The notes under the pieces: generated by a model
Databases searched by the model: none
Told to the model about the DNA's origin: nothing
The model's input: the letters and a program-made list of their open reading frames with translations, nothing else
Translations under genes and position numbers: made by a program
Shown here: positions 34,901-45,385 of the stretch, piece after piece
Numbering within the stretch: position 1 is the stretch's first letter
Layout of the letters: every line of letters begins with the position of its first letter
Source of the DNA: Macrostomum hystrix
Taxonomy: Eukaryota; Animalia; Platyhelminthes
Assembly: GCA_950097015.1 (NCBI GenBank)
Contig: CATNEN010000039.1
Location: 8,494,001-8,558,000 of the forward strand
Length of the DNA: 64,000 bases
Direction of reading: 5' to 3'

Positions 34901-37900
34901 GACGCTGATGTTATAAGAAACATAGATGCTTGTGTGTCGGCTGATAATTTTAGGATGCAAATTTGTAGGCTCAAATTTTACTATTTCAGTGTCTCCATTA
35001 GGTCGGCAGTAGATAATTTTCGTTATGTCAACACAAGCTGCGTTGTTCTGCTCATTCATGTCAGCTACTGTTTCGTTTAAGCTGGCTGATAATCCAGCAC
35101 AATAAAACGAGATGGAATTACATTTGCCTCCAACGGGAATACTTGCGTTCGAGCATAGTTTGAAGGCGACAGACTCCTTGACTGAGAGTCCAGTATTCAA
35201 GTCGCCTGACAGGATGGTGACTGGACTATGCACGAAGTATGGCTCAATAGGTGTTAGAGTCGGATACCACGTCGACGACTTGTTAAGGAAGTACGTTCTG
35301 AACTGCGCCAGCTTCGTTGGAGGCGAGCTTGAGGGCACGGGGCCGTTACCTCGTTCGAGCACAAAAGTAAAAGTCGAACAAATCTCAATGGACGAGTTTC
35401 TAACCAATCTAGAGCTTAATGTAGGGGCGCTGGTTTTTAACGCTGAAAAATCTGCTACCAGATCGCAGCCGTCAGAGGTCATCTCGCGTGGACTGACGCA
35501 GCCGCAACTCGATTTGACAGCGCTGCCAGTTGGCAGGCACACTGTTCTGTTCTCTTGACATTCGGCGTCAATTGAGCACGGATCGCCAAGCATGAGAGCT
35601 GAAAAGATCGTTTAAAGATTTTGTTTTGGCTGCAATGGTTCAAAGAATTGTGTGCTTTGTTAACTTTCATTTCTTGAACTTTTGCTCCGAGATAGACTGC
35701 GCAGGGCAGTCTTTAACTACAGCTTCTTAAACGCATATACTCATACTTGTAAGTCTACAGGCTCTGGGTTGTAGCCTAGTTTTGGTTAGAGCGTCGTACT
35801 CAAGACCTGAAGGCCGTGGGTTCGATTCCTGACTCCACTGGAACAATTTGTGTCCTTTAGCAAGACACTTAATGCTGCGTTGCTTCAGTTCACCCAGATG
35901 TTAAGCGCTGGGTAACAGCGTTAGCTGTGGTAATTGAGGGTGGGGTGTGGCGTCTCCCATAGTCCACGGACTGAACAGCCGTAGTAGCTGCGGCTTTGCT
36001 GTCTGCTGCACATCTGGCCAGATTGAGGCAGATGTAACCAATTAGAATAATAAAAAGTCACAATACTAAACTGATCAGCAATAAAAAACTTCCAAAACGT
36101 ATCCATAAACTCACGCTCAACGCCTTCACTGTTGAAAATCAATCGCATCCGCACGTTCAAACTTTTTGACACATTAAATGTCGGCTTCCACCACATTGTG
36201 GAGCCCACAGAATGGTTGTCACCGGCCAGTTTTACCACGGATGTAGAACCACATGATGGCTGCCACCAGGCGAACAGACCAGATGGTGAGTCTGAGCAGT
36301 CCAGGTTTGAGAACAGACCAAACTTGGCGAAATGCTGCGTTAGAAAATAGTTCTCGTCTAGAAAGCCGCTTTTGCAGTCCTGAATCTGAATTGGGTAGCC
36401 CTGAGCTCTAGGGCCCACACTCCAAGATGCGCATTCGATGTACTTGCCAGACCCGTCCGAGCTCGTGGCATCGACTCGCAGAAGTAGGGGCCATCGCGCG
36501 GGAAACAAGTAGGGCAGGATCTCAAGAAAGTCAAGCCCAGTCCAGAAGCTGGACAAAGACAACGGAGTAGCCGTGAAGTCCAGAGCCAATGGAGCAGCTC
36601 CGCGAATGAAACCGACTCTGTAGTCTGGAAGCGATCTGCCAGTATTGAAGTCTTCATGAAGCCTCTGGTAGATCACCATGGACTTGCTCATGCACGGGAG
36701 CGTAACCGTGCCAAGGTACGGGTGATTCAATCGAATGAAGCTTCGAATCCCATCGCAGATTCTTGTTACGGCTGAAATCAAGCAACTGGAGATTAATAGT
36801 CACCGCACTGCTGCTTAACAGTACAAAGACTACTGGGGATATTTCAAATACCCACAACTTAATGAATCACAAAACATCTACATCGTCCAGATACTCAACG
36901 ATTCTTGTCGGCGTTTTTGGTGGCAAGAACCACAAATATATGCATATTTTTCTGCTCAAAAAATTTCATCATGTAACCATGTAGGCTACCGTTGTTAACT
37001 AATATGGACTGATTATATAGTAAATTTTTTTTAACCAAAATGGATTCTCTATAGAAGTTTATACAGAGCAATGCTAGTTGTTCTTGTTCACCACGGTATT
37101 CGACAGGAATCGCTGAATATCTCGACGATGCTCACTCGGACGGCTTTGAAAGTTAGTTCATCGTAAAGGGTGGAAAATTTGGATCCATGTGGTGGGCTTT
37201 CACAAAGATGGGTCATTCGGTTTTGGAGCTATCGTGAAGCAGGCAGTGGGTATTTGAAATATGCCGTTGTCTTTCTACTGTTAAATGGCTGGGCACCATT
37301 GCCAATACTGGTTTTGGTGCAGACCTGGGATAGTCGTAGCTACTCCGTAGAGGTCGAGTTTTACGCCCATCCTTGAATCACTGGTACTCCAGGTTCCTGT
37401 GATTCGCATCTGATTTGTGTAGACTAAGTTGGCGAACATCCGGTAAACCGGGACAAAATAGTTCTCAGGATTGATACGAATTTTGCTCTGCAAGGAAAGG
37501 AAAAGGGGATTGTAGAATCCCTGAAGTTTTTGTTTTTATTCGTTGACAAAGGCAGCTACCGGATTCCCAATTCGCAGATCGATGGATGTCTGGACAAAAC
37601 TGCCGGCTTTCTCGTCGAAATAGTCCACACGCAGTTCGATGCCTTTCGGATAACTGCCTGAGTCTGCCCGAACTCCAGGACCCATCACTGACAAGCCGTG
37701 CATGATGTACATTTGCGGCAACATTATCTGCAATGAGACAATTATAAAATCTGCTTTGAATATGACTTTAATTGTAGAGCGATCTCAGGTTTATCGGCTT
37801 CTTGTGTTCTTTGGTATGACGCAAGATATTCAGCGGGTCATGCATCGCTTTGACTGGTACTTGTACATGACGTTGATTCATCTACTGAAGAGTAGGAAGG

Positions 37901-40900
37901 GTTTAGTAGCCTACGTCAGAGGTCGGCAACCCTTGATGATGCGGCCCTTGAAGTTCCTGAATCCGGCCCCGGACACCTTTGAATACCTACTCTACTCTTT
38001 CTCATCTCTCCAGCGTCACAACTGTCACAACTGTCTCGGGAGACAGATATTAATTTACCTGTTGAGCGAATATTCGCGATTGAATATTTCAGCAACTGTT
38101 TTTAGAGAAATATTTTTGATATAGCGTTACGATGCTATTGAGTTACGTTGACAATTCGGCATCAACCCTCATACATTATGTCGGAAGTGTTGTTCTAACT
38201 TAGCGCCGTCCAAACAGTAGCAAACGCCCACGGAATTGCAACTCTCTTTCGAAGTACAAGCTGCGAGAAAAACATTGACTTGAAGTTGTCGCTAGCGCTT
38301 GTCGGATACTGTTCAGCGTTGTTTCACAACCGAATTCTACAACTATATTTTTGTATAAAAAAGCTTTTTGTTTATGAAATATGGAAAACCTAAATGCCAG
38401 TGTCAAAAAGCTGGTTCATTTCTCCCTAGACTCTTCCTGTGTTTTTGTTTCCGTTGCAGAGAAGCACATTTTCACAATGGATGTTTTTTCCTGAATTCTA
38501 TTTGAGTTGCATTTCATTTTTTTTGTCTTTTGATCAAACGCGTCCTTCCTAGCAACCTTAAAAACAATATTTATTTATCTTATTGCTCCCAGTCTTGCAA
38601 CTCAATTGTCACTAAATTTTTGAAAGCGAAAGAATAATTTTTTCCTACGGAAGTTCAAACACTGCCCGAAGAAGTGGCGATGACGCAATAGTTTTTCTCA
38701 ATGATGCCGCCCTGGCTGTGCTTGACGCAGGCACAATAGAACTGGTGAGAATCTTTTTGTTTAAGTGCACTTATACTTTTTTGCTGTTGCTGGGAAATAC
38801 TGCAAGGCAAGAGAGAGAGAAGGCAAGATAGAGAGAGATTGGGTTACCTCTGTTGTCACCCAACTCAGCAACCAGCTTAAGGCTTGCGCGCCTGAACATC
38901 GGGTTGAGGATTGGTGTGTGGCATCCCATTTATTTGCGAACTCGCAAGTAAACGAAGCCTATTCTAAGAAAAGAAATGCTAATTGGAGCTTCTGTTTCTA
39001 ACCTGAAAAGGCGAATGGGTTTGAATACAATTCCTCTTTTACATGCTCGTGTAGACTCACTGTGAGCGCAGCCGCGTCCCAGTAGCCTGAGTAGGTGCTG
39101 CTCTGAAACTGCGCATCCAGTGGCAGGTGAGGCCACCTGCAGCAGTCCTTCGGAGAGAAGTCCTGCTTCTTAACTGAGCCAGAAGCATATGTGCCGTTTG
39201 ACATTATGTTTTCTAAATCTTTGGAGTGGTGAGGGGAAATATTCGAACCTGAACTGTTTGCTTAGTGTAGAAACTATTATAATAGAAAAACTAGCTTGTA
39301 TGCAGTAACAAGAAGCCGCTCTTTATCTGCAAGAATGCCACTGTATGCATTTAACTAAGTACGGGAATGGGATGGTCAGAGGCAGAGCGGATAACGCGTT
39401 TGCCTCTCGCGCCAATGTCCCTGAGCTCGATTCCGCGGCGAGGCCACACATTTATTTGGGGCGCAGCCGCGGAGAGAAGGCTTGAGAGGTTGTCGTGCAT
39501 CTACGCCCTTGAGGACCAACCTCCAAGGCACAGTGGCGACGTACACTGCCTGACGATGAGAGTCAGGGCAGATGTACACACCTGTGTGAGAGTTTGCCTG
39601 CGTACGTTATCTGTGTGCGTGTGTGCTCAGGAGTCAGCGGAATGGGCAGAATTGCCTCCTCGCTGGCTGCGGATCGACTGTCACAAATGCTGTGCCATTG
39701 CCCGCAGCCCTCCTGCAAATAATAAAAATATAATTCTGGCAAACGCTTTAGGAAAACAATTTCAGACTCATTCTACGAGTACATCAGGCGACCGTAGAAT
39801 AAATACTCTTATTTTATTCGCTCGGTGCCAAATACAACAAGAGTTAATTCAGATATAACACTGTACACGACGAGCCCCCAAACACTCTCTCCGCGGCTGC
39901 GGCCCAAATTATTGCGGCCTCGCCGTGGAATCGAGTTCAGGGACCCTGATGAGATAGGCAAAAGCTTTAGCCCCTCTGCCACTCACCAACTAATTAATTA
40001 AGATATACCTACCTCGACAATGAACTATAATGGCGGTATATCTGGCGTCGTCGACCTCGTGCTGCACGGAGTAAAAGTTCCTCAGGTCTTTCCTAACTAA
40101 CGTGAAGCTGGTGAAATCTGCGCCGGCAGTTGTCGAGTTGGCCCAGTAAATGTAGTTGCATCCTTGCAGACTGGAGCCTTCTAGACATATCCTCAAAGCC
40201 TCGAACAAAGTTATGCTGCTGCGAGAAATCTGCACCCATTGATCCAGGGTGTCGTGGTTGTGGTATCTTCTTCCGCGCTGAACTCCAAAGTATGGATTCT
40301 GACACTTTCGGCCCTTCGCTGAAGCTGTGAGGTTGGTAATTTTCCCAAATTTTCCCAATGGCTCTGTCTAATATAATAAAGTTGGTCTTTTTTCCCCTAG
40401 ATGAGAAGGAGGATAGTACACATGAAGGCACATTGTAGGGCTCAGACATAGAATAGAATAGAATAGAATAGGTGGATCATCAGCTAAAATTACAAAATGC
40501 TTAATGGCCCTCTGCATATTGCCAGCTGCTAGCTCGTACTTGTATATCGCCCTTTGTACTTCTTACCTGCTTTCGTTTGGCACAGTGTGTTAGCAAGATG
40601 TCCGGGAGAGGACCTGGTGGTCCATAGCTCTTGCCCCAGTGAGCTGGTGACTAGGTAATGCCCAGCTGTGGGGCTGCCGTCATCCCACGGAGTCCATTTT
40701 GGCTTGTCCTGCATCCCGTCAATCACCCAGGAGTTGCTGGAGTTTTGATCAGCTACCACGCCCACAAACACACTGAATGTGCCGTTAGTTGAATCATCGA
40801 GCGACGCCAGGGACAGCATGATGTTGGCCTCGAACGATGCTGGAAGGAAAACGCGCCCTTTCGAGCCCCACTGGATGCCTTCGCAAAGTTGCTGGGCAAG

Positions 40901-42365
40901 GCGGCGATGCCTTGGACCTGCGCGATCAGTGCCAGAATAGTAGCACAGGCCGGCCATGTAGACTGACGATGCTGGGCATTCTAAAATCGATTCCGATGGG
41001 TTCGAGTAAGTAATAAATTTCTTTCTATTTAATCTACATGAAATGCAGTTGCCTACCTTCAGCAACACACCCGTACAAGGAGACGCGAACCGAGCAACTT
41101 GACGAGCTTAAAATGGACACTTTGAATTTGCCAGCAGTGACAGTTGCATTCAGGCTGTTGTTAACAGCTGCATCTACAGGTACTGAGAATTTCTGAAAAA
41201 TTGATTCCAAGGCGTTGTAGTAATAGGAACTGAACTGTGCTTCACATATTGCTGCTACCAACTTACATAATTCTCACTGACAAAAGAGCCTTCGGAGTCT
41301 AGAAATGTCAATTGCACCTCGACGGGGTCCGAGCTACAGTTCTGAGCATCTCTGCTTAGTTTGACATTTGTGATGTGGTAGACGTCATTGAGATCTACTG
41401 TCACGTTTTTTAAAACGTTGATGCTCTTGTCCGTGGTGCTATATGTGCCGATTTTGTAGTTGGAAATGGCCAGGCACTCTATAATTAATTATGTAGATTT
41501 TTCTACCACTGCAAGTTCAATGTCACCTTGAAAATAACATTCATAATAAGAAACTTCATTGTTAGTTGTCTTACCAGCAGCTTGTCCTATGAAGCCAATC
41601 TTGAGAGTCTTGCTTCCAGTGAAGCTTGTTGGAATCAGCTTAAGCGCTCGGGCGGCAATTTTTTCAGGAAGGTTGTGCGTCTCAACTGCGTCAGAGGCCG
41701 AGTAGCTGGAAGTAATGCCCGGAAGATTACTCAAAGTGTTACTAGAAACCAAAGCAACCGCTGCTCCATACTGCAAGTCAAATCGGGTCACGTAGCTGTC
41801 AAAAGCGCCCTTGGCGATGCTGTAGCTCCAAATTTTCTGAGTAACATAGAAGGTGAAAACGAAGTATTCAGACGCCGTGTAGCCATTCAGGTACAGTTGC
41901 CCATTGAAGTCAGAAGCGTTCGTTTGCCACTCCAGTTGAATCGCGACAGGCGGCGAGTCGGGTTCTCCGGCGCTGAATGCCGCGACCTGGTAAGGTGCGA
42001 ACGTAACGAACGGACCCGGATCTGCAAATGGACGTCGAGTAGCGAGTCTCAAAGTTTACGGCGCTAAAAAAATGTGCTGTCGGCGAGGAGCCTTCAGTGC
42101 CCTTCAAGATTACAAGTCAGAACAATGTGATGTCTGCGCATTAGATGTCTCCCCTCCTCGCCGCTAAGCAGGTGCATTTAATTTATATAACTAATGTTCG
42201 TTGGTTTTCGAGCCAGTTTGCGTACCTCTAACTAATACCAATAAATGTGCTCTGACACTATCTGACAATAACACCACAAACTACAACGGTAAAAAGGCAA
42301 TTACCAAGAGCGCCGGCTATGGATGCGGCGGTTGCAACAAAAAAAATAAGTATTTTTGCGAGCAT
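22976..42365 (-). CDS. PKD1L: Polycystin-1-like / REJ-family receptor (~4,200 aa): SP-F5/8C-CLECT-..-F5/8C-FReD-PKD repeats-REJ-GAIN/GPS-TM-PLAT-PKD channel
   Basis: Exons joined in frame by hand: 42365-42305 (signal peptide MLAKILIFFVATAASIAGAL), 42021-41575, 41478-41267, 41192-41057, 40980-40567, 40363-40013, 39212-39061, 38958-38848, [38.7-37.8 kb unresolved], 37727-37560, 37487-37325, 36771-36115, 35598-34525, 34439-34017, 33826-30662, 30496-30234, 30147-29923, 29034-28909, 28432-27413, 27278-27045, 26964-26800, 26710-26310, 26230-25662, 25589-25366, 25298-23912, 23271-22976. Hallmarks: PNTIDF, PLAT YRIQVFTG, HTWLSI..SNFSRLER, LPHWC, WGTEKSEAWL, YSGHGYI, WLTNLSRALLVE. Confidence 0.92.
23311..23890. 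repeat. 33-bp minisatellite filling the last intron of the PKD1-like gene
   Basis: (GGTATGAGGGGTTGGTGTGCAGGGTTTGGATCG)n, about 17 units, between donor 23911 and acceptor 23272. Confidence 0.96.
23912..25298 (-). CDS. PKD1-like exon: TOP/polycystin domain and six-TM cation-channel domain
   Basis: LGHVTVRQLRI, YSGHGYILAL, WLTNLSRALLVEANLFYPDSNFF, followed by six hydrophobic helices. Confidence 0.93.
29160..29700. mobile_element. MITE family C copy (intronic)
   Basis: Left arm is the reverse complement of 37068-37280 and 55574-55823; degenerate inverted right arm at 29490-29700. Confidence 0.72.
30662..33826 (-). CDS. PKD1-like exon: PKD (Ig-like) repeats and REJ module
   Basis: NGTNVAYSFEFGD, GNYTVVVNASNEVS, FEWTC, GCFGNGPG, NGPPVGGTCSVTP. 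Confidence 0.92.
35766..36053 (+). mobile_element. tRNA-derived SINE family A (intronic)
   Basis: Pol III A/B boxes (TAGCCTAGTTTTGG; GGTTCGATTCC), CORE-like GTGTCCTTTAGCAAGACACTT, AAT tail; homologous to 53905-54214. Confidence 0.85.
36115..36771 (-). CDS. PKD1-like exon: fibrinogen C-terminal (FReD)-like domain
   Basis: VIYQR..DF..DYRVGF..FWTGL..LRVD..DG..WSVGP..Y.I..DC..AWW..C..MRLI; phase 1-1 exon in frame with its neighbours. Confidence 0.78.
36819..37280. mobile_element. MITE family C, complete copy with TIRs and TTAA on both sides
   Basis: TTAA-cagtacaaagac..atatttcaaatacccac ... gtgggtatttgaaatat..gtctttctactg-TTAA. Confidence 0.82.
39369..39730 (+). mobile_element. tRNA-derived SINE family B, full length (intronic)
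   Basis: Colinear with 55124-55489; tRNA-like head with TCGATTCC; A-rich tail. Confidence 0.87.
39864..39990 (-). mobile_element. SINE family B head fragment, inverted
   Basis: Reverse complement of the first ~125 nt of the adjacent copy. Confidence 0.75.
40567..40980 (-). CDS. PKD1-like exon: C-type lectin-like domain
   Basis: CP..V..GLCYY..AQQLC..VFVGV..W.IDG..WTPWDDGSP..W..LCQ. Confidence 0.78.
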
Positions 42366-42570
42366 GTTTGCCTTGAAGCCTACTAGACAGCTCGCATTGA
42401 AGTTTTAATGAAGAGATTCTAGCACGAACCAGAAAATATTATTGTGTAGCAGCTGGAAATTAAACTCCTTTAAGCAGCGCTTTTATTCCCTGTGCCCACA
42501 CATTTTCCAGCAGCACTTGCCTCTTGCTGTACTCTAACTGCAGACTCCTACTGCCTTGTTTGTTTGGCCG

Positions 42571-42584
42571 GTAGTCATAGCAAC
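42571..42584. promoter_or_regulatory. Candidate RFX X-box upstream of the PKD1-like gene
   Basis: GTAGTCATAGCAAC fits GTHNYY-AT-RRNAAC, ~206 bp upstream of the predicted ATG (42365). Confidence 0.5.
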
Positions 42585-43151
42585 AGCGAATGGCTTGTAG
42601 GTAGGGGTAGGCACATTGGGGATTTGTCGGCCAGCCCTGCCCTCTTTTCCCATCCGAACAATACTTTCTCAAAGAATAATTGTGATAATGTGGGGTTTTT
42701 CCTAATGCTAAGCCAGTTTTGCTTCAGTGCACTGAAAAAGGCATTAGAAATTAGATTTATGATAATTCATATTCCTTGTCTGAGCATTTTGCCATACAAG
42801 ATAAAACTGCGACAAAGGTAAATGTTTGAGCTTTATTTTTGCCAAGCGAGTTAAATAGTTAGTGTCATGTTAATCCCAGAACTACGAGCTAATACCCTTA
42901 AATCGCCAGCATAAAAAAGAGTTTGATTCTCCTTAATTTCAGTGACACTGAGTCAGCAGTCTAACATCCGGTTCTGCAAAAAATTACTAAAATGTTTGTT
43001 CGATGCGATGCGAGCAATGCTCTCTCCTCCAAGACCTTTTTGCAAGACACTTTTTTATATTTCATCATCATACATTTCTGCATGTCTACTAGCAGTAAAT
43101 TCTATATAGAATATGCGCTCACAATATTATTCCCAACTAAACGCCCCCTGC

Positions 43152-43340
43152 GGGGGTCGGTGGCTGAGCAGTTAACGCGTTTGCCTCGCGCGCCAAAGTA
43201 CCGAAGTTCGATTCCGTGGAGAGGCCCCATCTATTTGAGGCGCAGCCGCGGAGAGTAGGCTTCAGGGCTTGTCGTGCAATTTAAGCTCTTGAAGGCCAAC
43301 CTCCAGGGCCAACAGTAAAGTGTACACTACCTGACGATGA
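43152..43340 (+). mobile_element. SINE family B, 3'-truncated
   Basis: GGGGTCGGTGGCTGAGCAGTTAACGCG..GTTCGATTCC..GGCCCCA head, then family B body up to ctgacgatga. Confidence 0.82.
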
Positions 43341-43835
43341 ACTCTTAACTGCAGATAGGTTTTAACAGAAATTAGATTTAACATTTTTAAAACAGACAGA
43401 GAATTTTATTTTATTCCCTTGTCGCATCAAAAATGTTGAATAGTCATATCCGTTGACTTGCAAGTCTAGACGGATATTTTTACTGTAGTGAGCTACTCGC
43501 ATTTCTACTAACAGTAGCATTAATTAACTTGAGCACACTTTAATAAACTCCAACACTGCTAAAAATATTTCTCTCTCTTTAAGATTTAAAAGTTCATGTA
43601 GCTTAATCGTTATCAGAGACAGTTGGGCATTTAAACATGTTTTATTTAAACTTAAAATTAAAATTAAAATGTGCTCTGAAAAAAAATTTAAAATGTGTCA
43701 TTCTGCTGATCCCTGACCACGCCCACGCACACAGGTACTCGCACAGGTGCGCACATCTGACCTCAACTTCTCATCACAGAACACACTCAATGTGCTTTAG
43801 GCCTTTGGGCGACCAAGCCTTCTCTATGCAGCTGC

Positions 43836-44195
43836 ATCCATTCCACTCCCAATCCCTTCCACTCCCCAATCCATTCCACTCCCCAATCCATTCCACTCCC
43901 CAATCCATTCCACTCCCGAATCCCTACCACTCCCCAATCCCTTCCATTTCCCAATCCCTTGCATTCCCCAATCCCTTCCACTTCCCAATCCCTTGCATTC
44001 CCCAATCCCTACCACTCCCCAATCCCTTGCACTCCCCAATCCCTACCACTCCCCAATCCCTTGCATTCCCCAATCCCTTCCACTTCCCAATCCCTTGCAT
44101 TCCCCAATCCCTTCCACTCCCCAATCCCTTGCACTCCCCAATCCCTACCACTCCCCAATCCCTACCACTCCCCAATCCCTTTCACTCCCGAATCT
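43836..44195. repeat. 17-bp minisatellite (CCACTCCCCAATCCCTT)n
   Basis: About 21 variant units; G-rich minus strand. Confidence 0.95.
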
Positions 44196-44630
44196 CTTCA
44201 GTGAGAAATTAGTTAGTTAATAGTAAATCAGATTTAAATTATCTCATTTCAACCCATGAAGTGCCCCTGCGAGTATCAACGAAAATAAATAAGATTTGTA
44301 AACGAAACAGAAAGAAAAACAGGTTTCCGTGTTTTCCTGCTCTAGGCATGCAACTGTTTCTCGGAGAATATTTCTGTAAACATCCAAGCAATTAGCAAAA
44401 TGCGTCAGCACCCGTTGCCACCTGGGTCTGTTATTCGTTTCTTGAAAACTCTCAGCCCCTAATCTCCACGCTATAGATTTACTGGCGTCCCTGTGAGGCA
44501 TGATCGCTGCAGAACTGCCTTTCCAAATCTCAGCTGCAAACATTATTTTCATAATTGACGGACTGGCAATTCGGCACTGGTCAAGGCAGCGGAAAACCTG
44601 CAGCTTCTGAATAAATCTAGCTGGGAAATA

Positions 44631-45385
44631 GTCTCCTACCCTCTCTCCTGTCTCCTACCCTCTCTCCTGTCTCCTACCCTCTCTCCTGTCTCCTACCCTC
44701 TCTCCTGTCTCCTACCCTCTCTCCTGACTCCTACCCTCTCTCCTGTCTCCTTCCCTCTCTCCTGTCTCCTACCCTCTCTCCTGTCTCCTTCCCTCTCTCC
44801 TGTCTCCTTCCCTCTCTCCTGTCTCCTACCCTCTCTCCTGTCTCCCACCCTCTCTCCTGTCTCCTTCCCTCTCTCCTGTCTCCTACCCTCTCTCCTGACT
44901 CCTACCCTCTCTCCTGTCTCCTTCCCTCTCTCCTGTCTCCTACCCTCTCTCCCGTCTCCTTCCCTCTCTCCTGTCTCCTTCCCTCTCTCCTGTCTCCTAC
45001 CCTCTCTCCTGTCTCCTACCCTCTCTCCTGTCTCCTTCCCTCTCTCCTGTCTCCTACCCTCTCTCCTGTCTCCTACCCTCTCTCCTGTCTCCTACCCTCT
45101 CTCCTGTCTCCTTCCCTCTCTCCTGTCTCCTACCCTCTCTCCTGTCTCCTACTCTCTCTCCTGTCTCCTACCCTCTCTCCTGTCTCCTACCCTCTCTCCT
45201 GTCTCCTACCCTCTCTCCTGTCTCCTACCCTCTCTCCTGTCTCCTACCCTCTCCTGCCTCCTAACCTCTCTCCTGTCTCCTACCCTCTCTCCTGTCTCCT
45301 ACCCTCTCCTGCCTCCTAACCTCTCTCCTGTCTCCTACCCTCTCTCCTGTCTCCTACCCTCTCCTGCCTCCTAACCTCTCTCCTA
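44631..45385. repeat. 19-bp polypyrimidine minisatellite (CTCTCTCCTGTCTCCTACC)n
   Basis: About 39 units. Confidence 0.97.

Noticed and set aside
35921-36114. SINE exonisation at the end of ORF 35921-36781
   Set aside because: A strong donor (GTGAGT at 36114) gives an in-frame splice, so the extension is intronic read-through.
43152-43230. Functional tRNA genes at the SINE heads (also 35766, 39369, 53905, 55124)
   Set aside because: Stems are mismatched, anticodons differ between copies, and each continues into a shared SINE body.
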